A DNA stretch of 63,727 nt, counting the filler, from Folioceros fuciformis (lineage: Eukaryota): assembly GCA_049999805.1 (NCBI GenBank). It is 7 parts of 7 records of this genome, joined end to end, with 100 filler letters (N's around TTAATTAATTAA, not from the genome) between each part and the next. Parts side by side here need not be neighbours in the genome. Positions count along the whole stretch, not along the records: positions 21,834 to 28,801 come from JBNGIO010005414.1; positions 28,902 to 36,647 come from JBNGIO010005415.1; 5 more parts are not named here. One strand, written 5' to 3'. Shown here piece after piece: positions 21,834-33,381 of this stretch. The first letter of the stretch is position 1. Each line of letters starts with the position of its first letter. The notes beneath the pieces are model-generated. The model searched no databases. It was not told the origin of the DNA and worked only from the letters and a program-made list of their open reading frames with translations. The translations under genes were made by a program, and so were the position numbers.

Positions 21834-24800
21834 AACGTCCTTTTTACCTGACTCCAATGTTCTGGTGTTGGGTTCTCCAGAAACTGTGACTCAAGGCTGA
21901 CAGAAAAAGCGATATCTGGTCTCGACACATTTGCAAGATAAATCAAATTCCCACTGCATGCCTATACGACGTTCTGGCCATATCCTCTGCCTCTTCTGGT
22001 GTAAGCGGGTTCTGGCCTCGTGCAAGCTTAACACCAGTCGCCAGGGGAGTTGCTGACCCATTTGCGTTTTCTAGATTAAATTTCTTTAAGCTGTCTCTCA
22101 CATACTTATGCTGACAAATGGTCAGCCTTCTGACCTTTCTGTCTCTGGCAATCTCAACTCCCAGGCACCACGTGAGCTCACCCAATTCTGTCATTTCGAA
22201 CTCCTTTCTCAAGAGTGCTTTCACCTTCGGCAGCAAGCTATGCCTACCCTTGGTCGCAGCCAGGACCAAGTCATCCACGTATAGCAATAAAATTAAGACT
22301 GAATCTCCCTCAGTCATCACATGCAGGCCAGGGTCTGCTGTACCCTGCCTGAACCCCAACTGCTTCAGGTAAGAATCTATGCGTTGATTCCAGGCACGTG
22401 GACTCTGCTTTAACCCATACAGGGTTTTCACCAACTTACACACCAAGTGCTCTGTTCCAGACTTGATGTAGCCCTCCGGCTGCTCCATGTACAAGTCTTC
22501 CTCCAATTTCCCATGCAAGAAGGCAGTTTTTACGTCCATCTGTTCCAAGTCGAGGTCAAGATGTGCTGCAAGTGCCAGCACCATTCTCAGGGTTGTGAAC
22601 TTTACAACTGGGGCAAAAGTATCATTGAAGTCCACTCCTGGGATCTGTGAAAAACCTCGAGCTACCAAGCGTGCTTTGTACCTCTCAATACTGCCATCTG
22701 CCTTCATTTTTCTTTTAAAGACCCACTTGCATGAGATGGGCTTGCGTTCCTTCGGCAGCTCCACAAGAAGCCAGGTACCATTCTGAAATAATTGATGCAT
22801 ATTCATCATCTACGGCTTTCTTCCATTGCTTAGCTTCAGGTCCTGAATACGCTTGTGTCAGTGAAACAGGCTCGGACCCATCTGTAGTGTCTGCCAGCAG
22901 AGCCTGGATGTACGCATTTGAATGCTGAGTGTCTCCCTCTATTTCAACGATGCTGCTTGACACATCTCCTGCAGGCTGGCCAGTCAAGGCGGGTTGTTCA
23001 GAGGTCGCAGGTACACCCTCAGTTCTGGTCCTCAACGTTTTTGTTTTGACCTTATTCACCCGCCAATCCTCCATCTCTAATGGAGGCTCTTTCCACGGTT
23101 TATTTCTCTCTCTGAGATTATAACGACCTCGTGTTTCAGCTGCAGGAACCTCCTCAACAATGGGTATGTCACCATCTACTTCAGCATGCATATCAACTTC
23201 AACTTGCTGGTTCAACCAGAGTCATCCACAGGAGTGCTGTCAAGTTCACCATCGTCAGGTTCAGGTGCGAAAGTTTCAGCATCTTCTTCAAAGTAAGAAA
23301 CTTCCACATCTGTTAGTTCAGCATTCTCTCCTGCAGGGAACCAATCCAAGACATCTTCGTCCTCATTGTCAGGCTGATCCACTACCCCACCATCAGGATT
23401 GGGGCTGGAATCAGGTAAGACTGTACTTGATGGTTTTAACAAGCTCTTTTCATCAAAGATAACACTCCTTGCATGACTCACGACCCGTGACACAGGGTCA
23501 TATAGTTTGTATGCTTTTATACCATCAGTATATCCAATAAAAATTGACTTCTGAGCTCTGTCATGCAGCTTGGTCCTACGCTTGGGTTTGGGAACGAAGG
23601 CATACGCAGGTGAACCAAAGATCCTTAAATGTTGAACAGCAGGCTTCCGACCCCACCATGCCTCGAACGGAGTAGTACCAGGTAACACTCGAGTTGGCAG
23701 CNNNNNNNNNNNNNNNNNNNNNNNNNNNNNNNNNNNNNNNNNNNNNNNNNNNNNNNNNNNNNNNNNNNNNNNNNNNNNNNNNNNNNNNNNNNNNNNNNNN
23801 NAGTGTTGATTGCCTCACCCCAGTAATGCCGAGGCAGACGTGCTTGCTTGAGCAGGGCTCGTGCTGTCTCCTGAAGGAGCTGGTTCTTCTTCTCAGCTAC
23901 GCCATTGAGTTGTGCAGTGTACGGGACAGTTAGCTGTCGTTGGATGCCAAGACTCCGGCAATAAGCAATGAACTCTCCTGAGGTATATTCCCCACCATTG
24001 TCGGATCAAAGGCATCTCAGACTGCGACCATGATGGCGCTCTCCTAACTGCAAATACTCCTTGAAATGTTGCAGGGTCTCACTTTTATGCTTAAGAATAT
24101 ACAGCATGCAATAACGAGTGCAGTCATCAATGAAGGTCAGGAAAAATGAGCCACCACCAATCGAAGGTACAGAGATAGGACCACAAATGTCCGAGTGCAC
24201 AAGCTCCAAGGGGACTGCAGCCCGATGTGCTCCTGATTTATCAAAAGGTAACTCATGATGCTTGCCATAAATGCAAGCCTCGCACAGGGGCAAATCCCCC
24301 ACTTGTCCTGGAATCCCATCTGAATATAATGTGCTGTTGGTCATGGTCAGGAGTTTGTTTCCATGCGGATGCCCACAGCGTAGATGCCAGACAGTTGCAA
24401 CTTCTTCTGGAGACAAGTTCCCACTAATGCCTGCAACGTGCAGCTCAGGTAATCTGCTCCCCGCCAGGCTAAGTTGATAAGGGTAGCCTTCCGCAACAGC
24501 AACTCGCGGATCTCTACTCTCAACTATCGTGCATTTATCATCCTTGAACAGGACTTGCATGGGTAGGTCAGATGTCAACTTGCGTACTGACAGCAAGTTT
24601 TTCGTGACTGCAGGTACGTGCAGAACATCTGTCAAATCCAAACTTCTGCCATGATGCAACTTCAAAGTTACTTTACCAGTCCCAAGAATAGGTAAAGTGC
24701 TCTCATCTCCCAACATTACTGACTGCGCTTCATTGTACGGTGTATAGTCACTGAAGCATGATTTGTTATGGCAGATGTGCGCAGAGGCACCAGAATCAAT

Positions 24801-27227
24801 AAACCAGTCTGGAGTTCGAATCCAGACGTGGTGAGGCACACTGTCAGAATAACTTGTGCAGGTTTCTTCTTCGGTGCATTCACAGCATGTGTCTCAGGCA
24901 CCCCAGCAGCACCCTCCTTCCTAGGCTCTCCAGCCTTCTTTTTACGGCAATCACGTGCCCAATGACCAGGTATTCCGCACCAGTTGCAATTACCTGTCCT
25001 CTTTGGATTGTTAGAGCTCTGTCCAGGTCCAGTTGACCTGCCCCCTCGACTAGCATTCCATGAACCTCCTCTACCTCTTCTAAAGGGTTTACCCCTACCA
25101 GCAAACAGGGCTTGCTGACCCTGTGTCTGCTGCCTTCCAGGTCTGGAGGCCAGCCGTGTGGCTTCCTCCTGCAGCATGGCTCCAACAACACCGTTAAATG
25201 TCATGGACTCTGCATCTAAATTCAAGGCCTTTGAGATTCTTGCTTCAACCTTTGCCATGGCCTGCTAGCCAGTGACAAACGGACCATAACTTGGAGGTAA
25301 CGAGCTCAGCAGCCTGCATGCTGCCTCATAATCCGTGACTTTCACTCCTGTAGAGCTCAACTTAGCACGTGCAATGCAAAATCTTGCAATGTAGTGCTCA
25401 ACCAACTCACCCTCTGTCATGCGCAGGCTGTGATATCGTGCAGACGCAGACATAGATGCAGCCATGTCGTGGGAGGCAAACATCATTGCCAGATGATCCC
25501 ACATGTCTTTTGCTGTGTCACCTGGACCATCAGAGGCTTGCCTTAGCATCTCAGGGGCCAGGCCTGACCTGATGAGATTCCTGGCTTTGATGTCTCCAAG
25601 TGCCCACATTGGATAATCTGCTGAAGTTATTGCAGGTTTTTCTACATCTCCATTCACCACTGCCCACAGGTTCTTTTCCTCTAGAGCTCCTTGCATTCTC
25701 ATTACCCATATATCATACTCGCTGCCAGTGACCAGTCTGTCCTTCTCTTTAAATCCTCCGCTGGTTAGTGCCTGCAGGGCCGAGAGCATGTCCTCTCTCG
25801 CTTTGTCTTCATCACCCATTTTTAAGTTTCTATACCACTTATAGTCTTCGTGTGAATAATGTGTGTTCACCGATGCACGATCAGAAGCAGCATCAACTTG
25901 AGTGTTCAGGTCATCATTATCCTCACTGAAGTCGTAGAGTCCTACCTCCTGAGCTAGTCTCCTTAACTATTCAGGTGTTGTATACGAAATCTCCTGATCA
26001 CTCATAGATCAGCAGCTCCCATCATGAGCTGAATCAACTTGCTTTGACTGACACACTGCACAAGTTGGATGACCCTGCTTGGACTAACTCGTCTGAGCGG
26101 CTCTCTCGTTTTCTTGCCAATTTGGCTTCATGATAACAAATATTTTCAAGTCAATTTGTTTCAAGTGTTCTTCTAACCTGGCAATATTGTCTGTCAAGGT
26201 ATCTAAGGTGGTGAGAATGTGCTGGGTACGACAGAGGGCTGTACTCTTAATGTTATCAAGTCTTTGGGTCAAGTGGTGGACAACAACTGCAAGGGATTCG
26301 TTTGATTCTCTGGCAGGTTGAGGAAAACGTTGTGGTGTGATAGGATCTCTCAAAACAAACTGGTTTCTATTCTGGAGTGACCTACGATGGGCATGGATAC
26401 TAGGATTGGCTATTGCTAGCTCAGGAATTCTATTTAAAAGATCTCTCCAATCAGGACGACCTTGTCTACTAGGGGAAATATTGGTGACCTCATACGGGGG
26501 GACAGGATGGTAAGTTCGTGACTCCGCTCCTCTGTTCCTCCTACGACGGTATGCCATGCAACATTCCCCACCGGTTCTAACTGCTTACTGGCTGTGCAGG
26601 TCCAGGATCAGCGCTAGACGCGCCTTGCAAACTTCTTGTTGAGCATGAATCTTGCACGCTTTCGAACAGAGAAGCACCAGCGCTTGGGATACAGGGCCAT
26701 GACCTCCTCTCTAGCCAGGACTGATTCAACTGCCCGCTCAATCAGAAATGCAAGCTCTGGGTTCAAGAAAGGGCGCAAGAACATCATCCATTCAACCCAC
26801 TGCTACAGATTCAGGTAGCCCATGGCAGCAGATTTCCAGGGTTGCTAACTCGTGTGCAGGACGTTGGTGCGATCCATGGGTTTTCTGTCAAGGTGACAGG
26901 AAGCATTTGTGCCTTGCTAGAGGGCGTAGGGGTTGCAGCAACGCCTGGCCTGCTCTGATACCATGATGTTTTTATAGAACGATAGATTGATTAACAGCGA
27001 GCACAAGGCATGAATATTCAGCAATAGCAGCACACTCGCGTGTGTGTGCGTGAGAGACATAGTTGTAGCGGTTAGTTAGTTCTTAGTACGTAACTATCTT
27101 GTAGTTGTAACTACCATGTAACCCTAACTTACTCGAAACGAAAAACTATATTAATATATTTATTTATATGTTTTATACCTAATATATATAAACCTAATTA
27201 CGAGGTGCGAACCTAATCTATCCAACA
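21834..27227 (-). mobile_element. Near-complete Ty1/Copia with extra upstream ORF(s): 5' LTR, PBS, ORF0, gag, PR, IN, RT
   Basis: LTR 27227-26964 (TGTTG..CATCA); PBS 26963-26952. Gag from ATG 26005 (FKEKDR..), CNWCGIPGHWARDC, WFIDSGAS, LVHSDICGP, YKARLVARGF, LYVDDL. Confidence 0.96.
26084..26557 (-). CDS. ORF0: intact 157-aa extra ORF between PBS and gag (basic N-terminus, coiled-coil C-terminus)
   Basis: ATG-initiated, same strand as gag, ending about 80 nt before the gag ATG. Homologous to 39241-39981, which holds the same position in another Copia. Confidence 0.7.
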   Translation of the reverse strand: MAYRRRRNRGAESRTYHPVPPYEVTNISPSRQGRPDWRDLLNRIPELAIANPSIHAHRRSLQNRNQFVLRDPITPQRFPQPARESNESLAVVVHHLTQRLDNIKSTALCRTQHILTTLDTLTDNIARLEEHLKQIDLKIFVIMKPNWQENERAAQTS

Positions 27228-27548
27228 ACTTTGACCCAAACCTAGTTCTGACCTGATAGGGGTTGTGTCCCATGGACACCACTGGGTGCCCTTACCAAAA
27301 TTGACCAACCTCTCAAGACTACCAAAATGGTCAGTGCCTCTCAACCCTCTCCCTCCTCTCTCAAATCATTCCATCCCTTCTCTCAGATCATTCCAGCAAC
27401 CCTTCAAACACACGTCTCGCCTCACCATTAATCTAGCTACTAATCTAACCTAATCTTTTAACCATTTCACCACAGGGTTCACTTAGAGATTCCCAAAAAG
27501 AGAAATCCTACCATTTTCCAAGGACCTATTCAGCATGTGGAGTCCACA
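27228..27548 (+). mobile_element. 3' end of a shorter relative of the 2648-6083 LTR
   Basis: Shares GGTTGTGTCCC..GGTGCCCTTACCAAAATTGACCAACCTCTCAAGACTACCAAAAT with 3766-3845, and the terminal ACCATTTT..GACCTAT..CATGTGG..TCCACA with 6042-6083. Confidence 0.8.
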
Positions 27549-28190
27549 AGAATCTTCCTCCAACGCCTATTTTACAGGCAAAAGATTCAGGGGTAGGGGC
27601 CATGGCATGCGAGGACAACCACATCCTCGTGGACTGGGCAATTATCAGGGTACTTACCATAGTAGAGGAAGAGGATACTACAATCCCCCTTGGAAACCTG
27701 TCTGCAGGTATTGTAAAATTCCAGGACATACCTATGAGGAATGTCGGAAACGATAAGCTGCAAACAACCCACAACGTCGACGTGAGCAGATAGGACAACT
27801 CGCCCTCACAATGGAAAGACATACAAGAGCATATTTAATACACACACCTCAATCATCCCAAGATCAGCTAGATCAACCAAGTTCCTCTAATCCAACAGCT
27901 TATGTGGCATCCTGCCTTGTAGCTCAAGGACATCACACATGGTACATTGACTCAGGTGCCTCCCAACACATGACACGGAACCTAGAATACTTCACAGAGA
28001 TCAACCCTACACAGCCACCTCAGTATGTTAGTCTAGGAGATGACTCCAGACACAAAATATAGGGTCATGGGTCCGTCAAAATTAACCTTAAAACAACATC
28101 TACCTTGCACATATCAAACGTTCTTCATGTACCAGGGCTTACAAAGAACCTCTTCTCAGTTAGAAAGGTAGATGAATCGGGCTGTTACGT
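27549..28190 (+). mobile_element. Ty1/Copia gag zinc knuckle and protease fragment
   Basis: RG-rich region, CRYCKIPGHTYEEC, WYIDSGASQHMT, VLHVPGLTKNLFSV. Confidence 0.92.
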
Positions 28191-29079
28191 ATGCTTCGGG
28201 GAGTTCGCTTTATGGTTATATGAGCAAACCTTGTACACTGCATCACTGAAACCCCGCAAGGGGAACTCCTTGCTACAGGAGCCTTACAAAACAACGACTT
28301 GTGTTACGGGGCAGCTTTGGATTCCGGCTTTGGGAAAATGGACGTTCTCTTCATGTTCGGATTCGCTACAAATACATGTGTGCGAGCAGTGCCAAGAAGG
28401 CAGTGGCTGCCCGCCTAACTACCCTACTTCTTGGGATTCTACTGGTATAGCAATTTTTAGTTATCCGGATATCCTATATACTGGCATTTATCTATTTAAT
28501 TAGTATCTGTTTAATTATTTCGTATCAGCTGGGTATTCCATGAGTGTTTCGTAGGGTTCTTGCTACCTGTTTCGTGGTAGCTTCGATTCCTCAGCGGATG
28601 ACTTGAGTGGCCTGCTCGTCATCACGTTTCATTCTTCCCCACTTGCTGGGGCCAGGTCCTCCTGGCCATCTGGAATCTGCTCGCGCAGACGGGGGAATTG
28701 TAGATAGAAATCCTCGGGTTCCCATGTTTAGGGTGAATCGGGCTCGCCCTCCCATGCAACCAGGAAGTCACGGATGTGTCGGTGCCGGAGGTGCCGTTCT
28801 CNNNNNNNNNNNNNNNNNNNNNNNNNNNNNNNNNNNNNNNNNNNNTTAATTAATTAANNNNNNNNNNNNNNNNNNNNNNNNNNNNNNNNNNNNNNNNNNN
28901 NACATAATATGGTGTCATTTGGAGTGCGTATGAAATTCAGTCCTCCGTCACCTTAAGTGGGAAAAACTGAAACTTATTCCCTTAATAGGAAATGTCTCCT
29001 TTACCTGAGAAAATATTATTATACTATTTATAAATAATATACCATCAATACATATATTAGCTAATTTTACCCTCCTATA

Positions 29080-29150
29080 CCCTAAATCCTAGAACCCTAG
29101 AACCCTAAACCCTAAAACCTTGAACTATACCTGAACCCTAAACCCTAGAA
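29080..29150 (+). repeat. Degenerate interstitial telomere-like (CCCTAAA/CCCTAGAA) tract
   Basis: CCCTAAATCCTAGAACCCTAGAACCCTAAACCCTAAAACC..AACCCTAAACCCTAGAA. Confidence 0.8.
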
Positions 29151-29554
29151 AATATATAGTTATATTTAATATTTTTATTACCATATTCTTTTCTTTTCTT
29201 TTTTATTTGATATATTTTTATTAATCTAGTACTTTGCCAAGGTTAGATTGTATGGTGTGATTTTGACGGCTTATGGTTTAGATCGTGGGAAGGGGACAAA
29301 AAGCGTTTTGGGACCCAAGGCCGGTCAGTCCCCGTTTGTTAACCGAATAGTTCAAAATAAGTTAATTTATAATTAGTGTGTGCGGGTAAGTAGGTGGCCC
29401 GTTGGAAAGGCCATAAATTCCTAATAGTTTTGTTCAAGTCTACAATATATAAATTTATACAGTCATTTTTTTCCCTTGAGCGCTGCACAGTCCGGGAGCC
29501 TGGGAGCCACCAGTCTGGCAGAATTTTAGAGCCAGGGAAAGGAAATAACAGGCG

Positions 29555-29777
29555 GAGGCGTGGCGATACCAGACAGCCCAATCCCAGAGCGCCGTCTGAT
29601 GCGAGGAATCTGAGCCCTATCCTATCCACCAACAACAAATCGAGCGAGCCAGACCTACATTGAATAGGTACAAATATGAACAGAGGCGTCGATCGTGATT
29701 GCAGCAGAGCAATTCAGGTCCTCCTTCCCGCCATCTTGCTCTCGAATTCATTTCCTCGACACCGGATCTGAGAGGGG
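29555..29777 (+). promoter_or_regulatory. Putative Lhcb proximal promoter and 5' UTR
   Basis: CCAAT (~29578), tandem reverse GATA motifs CCTATCCTATCC (~29617) and a TATA-like TACAAATA (~29669) upstream of the ATG. These short motifs are weak evidence. Confidence 0.4.
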
Positions 29778-30572
29778 ATGTCGACCGCCACAGCATGCGC
29801 CTCCAGCGTGGCCCTCGCAGGGCAGACAGTCTTCCGGCAGCGCAGCGAGATTCTGAATGCTGCAGGCAGCGCTGAGTCTAAGCTCCAGATGAGGAAGTCG
29901 GCCAGCTCCAGCTCCGTCTGGTACGGGCCCGACCGGCCTCTGTGGCTCGGACCCTTCTCCGGCGAGACGCCATCTTACCTCAAGGGAGAGTTCCCCGGCG
30001 ACTACGGCTGGGACACTGCGGGATTGTCAGCGGATCCCGAGACATTCGCCAGGAACCGGGAGCTGGAGGTGATTCATGCGCGGTGGGCGATGCTGGGAAC
30101 ACTGGGTTGCGTCACCCCCGAGCTCCTGGCCAGGAACGGGGTTTCGTTCGGAGAGTCCGTGTGGTTCAAGGCTGGGTCTCAGATTTTCGCCGAGGGCGGG
30201 CTGGATTATCTGGGCAACCCGAGCCTGGTGCACGCTCAGAGCATTCTGGCCATTTGGGCTACCCAGGTGATCCTCATGGGAGCCGTGGAGGCGTACCGTG
30301 TGGCTGGAGGACCGTTGGGAGAGGTGAGCGATCCCCTCTACCCTGGTGGCTCGTTCGACCCCTTGGGTTTGGCTGACGACCCCGACACCTTCGCGGAGCT
30401 CAAGGTGAAGGAGCTCAAGAACGGGCGGCTGGCCATGTTCTCCATGTTCGGGTTCTACGTCCAGGCCATCGTCACCGGGAAGGGCCCCATCGAGAACCTT
30501 TCTGACCACTTGGCAGATCCCACTGTCAACAACGCCTGGGCTTACGCCACCAACTTCACGCCCGGCGCTTAA
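29778..30572 (+). CDS. Lhcb1: Major light-harvesting chlorophyll a/b-binding protein of LHCII (Lhcb1/Lhcbm type), intronless
   Basis: Intact 264 aa: transit peptide, WYGPDR trimerisation motif, [54 protein letters not shown]. Subtype assignment is approximate. Confidence 0.97.
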   Translation: MSTATACASSVALAGQTVFRQRSEILNAAGSAESKLQMRKSASSSSVWYGPDRPLWLGPFSGETPSYLKGEFPGDYGWDTAGLSADPETFARNRELEVIHARWAMLGTLGCVTPELLARNGVSFGESVWFKAGSQIFAEGGLDYLGNPSLVHAQSILAIWATQVILMGAVEAYRVAGGPLGEVSDPLYPGGSFDPLGLADDPDTFAELKVKELKNGRLAMFSMFGFYVQAIVTGKGPIENLSDHLADPTVNNAWAYATNFTPGA

Positions 30573-31678
30573 GCGTATTGGGCTTGTGTCTTGTTCTCCG
30601 GATTCGTGTCCCTCTCCTGGCCGGTCAAGACCGTGAGTGACCGTGGTGCCAATTGTACATTACATCATCCTCGTTTGCATTGTCAGTCTCGATATCGTCA
30701 CGGTGGTCCTCTTCCATGTGACGTGACGATTGGTACGCCATCTGCACATGCCAGAGTCACATTGGCTTCCTACTTCTGTTCCCTGTAAACCTTGTTGAGC
30801 TCGTCGATGGATTGAAATGACTGTTCTGGACGTCTCCGACCTGTGAAAAGCAGGGAATTCACTGCTGGATTTTACATGCTATCGCGAATCTGTGACATGC
30901 GTACAGCTCAACCATCGCTTTCCTGGAAAACCCAGGTCTAGGGGAGCTCAGTGTCGGAACACATCTAACTGCTCCCTTGCAAACGGAGCAGGAAAACCAA
31001 GATCAGGGAGCTGAAACCTAGATCGTACCAGCTGAGAGAGAAAGGTCAGATAATCTTATACGGGCTGCAGGGTGCTGTGCAATGTTGGGTGCTACATGCT
31101 CCTGTGAAAAGCTCAAATGTTCTGAACTGCAGGAACTTCTCGGCTTGGGGATTCGTAGATCTTTTCTTGAAAACGTCAGATCTGTAAACTAAGCATCACG
31201 AACCCACTGATCCCGTTGCCCACACCACTTCCCGTTTGGGATCGTTGTTATTAGGGGAATCTGTACTAAGTTTGTTCTTTTGGGGGCAGATTGTTTTTTT
31301 AGCATCTTCCCAAAGTAGGGTTTCCAGACCTAGGAAAGATAGCCCAGGAAAAGATGTGGTGCAGGTACGCCCCGCCAATTTGTAGCCTGAATGGGTTTAA
31401 GGGAATGGTTTAAGGGAATGGGTTCCATGCTTAACAACAAGGGATCAAACGTTTGGTACATAAGGGCGTTGGATGGATATATAACCTCATGTGATACAAA
31501 GGTTCATTACCAACAAATTCCTCTCCATCGTATAACCAGCGAGTCTGCCCTGACTTCTACTATAGTAGCCCCAACAAGGGCCTGATGCTATATATCTGCC
31601 TGAACAAGGCAAGGCTCCTGCTATATCCATTTGGTAGTACAAAGCAATTACACCTCTTCTTCTTTCTCTCCATTCCGT

Positions 31679-31995
31679 GTCCTTGCAGCTGCTTGTTGTG
31701 TCATCTTTAATTGATGTCCTACTAGTTGCTTGTCGTGCCATCTTTAATTGATGTCCTACTAGTTGCTTGTCGTGCCATCTTTAATTGATGTCCTACTAGT
31801 TGCTTGTTGCTCCATCTCCAATTGATGTCCTACTAGTTGCTTGTTGCTCCATCTCCAATTGATGTCCTACTAGTTGCTTGTTGTTCCATCTCCAATTAGT
31901 GTCCTTGTAGCTCTTGTTGCGTCTCCAATGAGTGTCCTTGGAGCTGCTTGTTGTACCATTTTTACTTGATGTCCTTGCACTACTTGTTGCACCAG
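31679..31995. repeat. 37-bp minisatellite x~9
   Basis: GTCCTACTAGTTGCTTGTYGYKCCATCTYYAATTGAT units at 31716, 31753, 31790, 31827 and 31864, with degenerate flanking units. Confidence 0.95.
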
Positions 31996-32155
31996 CTCCA
32001 CATGTTGTGCTGACATGTGTAGGACAACTCCACATGTTGTGCTGACATGTGTAGGACAACTCCACATGTTGTGCTGACATGTGTAGGACAACTCCACATG
32101 TTGTGCTGACATGTGTAGGACAACTCCACATGTTGTGCTGACATGTGTAGGACAA
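31996..32155. repeat. 32-bp perfect tandem array x5 running into a gap
   Basis: CTCCACATGTTGTGCTGACATGTGTAGGACAA. Confidence 0.97.
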
Positions 32156-32754
32156 NNNNNNNNNNNNNNNNNNNNNNNNNNNNNNNNNNNNNNNNNNNNN
32201 NNNNNNNNNNNNNNNNNNNNNNNNNNNNNNNNNNNNNNNNNNNNNNNNNNNNNNNTTATAGCTTTTTTTTTTTAGCCCTCGAATTTAGGTTTGGAAGTCT
32301 TTGAAGCTTGGATTATAGCACTTAGCTAAGAGAAACTTGACCAGGTTCTTGGAAGCTTGGATTATAACGGTCAGCTTGACCAAGCTGACTCTTATTAAAG
32401 ACATCTTTAATTTCTAGAGTCTACATTTAGGGTATTTTTTAAGCCCTCAAATTTAGGGAATTTCTCTACACCTCAAATCAAGGATTTTCGACGGGCAACT
32501 TCTTCCAGGTATTCCTTTTTACTTTTATTTTGATGTTGATTTTTTTATTTTGATTTGAATGTTTATACTAAGCAAGCCACATGTATATATCATCTATTTC
32601 GGGTTTAGGGTGTTTAATATTGAAACACCATAATATAGTATGCTTATCTAACACAATATTGAACATGTAGTTAATATAGATGTCTAACCATTGAAAACGC
32701 AAACTTCCTACTCTTATTTACTTTTCACACCTCCTTCTTTGTTTGAATGTCAGC

Positions 32755-33381
32755 ATGGGTCCGGGTAATTCTTCCAACTGCGAGCTTCCAACTGCTAGGC
32801 TTGATGTGGATTGCAAAGTCATACCATTACGAGTTCGCGATACATTGCAATATGATTATTTGTGTCTGCATTGTCCCAAGGTGTATCGCAACAATGTTTC
32901 CCAAATCAATCGCCATCTCTTCGAGGCCCATTGCTTAGGCCCATTACCACAAAAAAAGAGAGGTCGGCATCATGAGGACGTTCGTCCGACATCCACCAAT
33001 TCAATAGATTTAAAGATGCAGCAAAATCGAGAACGTGCTATAAAAAGGCATGTTGCAACAGTAACAAAAGAATGGGAGGAACTTGGAGAAATCACTAGAG
33101 AAGAAACAGCACCAATTTGGGACTGGTACTTGAAAGCTCGGATGTTTACATTAGATCAAATTTGGGCGAGAACTGAGGAGCACAAGAAGATTCGACTTCG
33201 TGTCAAGCTACAGAAGCACAATTTTGGTAATGGCTGCTACAGATTTGAAAGCACAATTCAGGTGATTGATGCAACGTTTGATTTCAAACTTGCTACTTGT
33301 ACTAAAAGTTTTCCCTGTGATGCTAATAGGAGAATCAGATGGAATCATGGGACAAAATTATCGTCTTCGAGATACACCTAA
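32755..33381 (+). CDS. Hypothetical C2H2-type zinc-finger protein exon, possibly transposon-borne
   Basis: CLHC-x13-HLFEAH followed by basic KKRGRH and a helical region. It is an open frame within very AT-rich flanks, with a possible donor CAG|GTGATT at ~33261. Confidence 0.45.
   Translation: MGPGNSSNCELPTARLDVDCKVIPLRVRDTLQYDYLCLHCPKVYRNNVSQINRHLFEAHCLGPLPQKKRGRHHEDVRPTSTNSIDLKMQQNRERAIKRHVATVTKEWEELGEITREETAPIWDWYLKARMFTLDQIWARTEEHKKIRLRVKLQKHNFGNGCYRFESTIQVIDATFDFKLATCTKSFPCDANRRIRWNHGTKLSSSRYT

Noticed and set aside
29942-30509. Alternative-frame and antisense ORFs over Lhcb
   Set aside because: Shadow ORFs caused by high GC at third codon positions.
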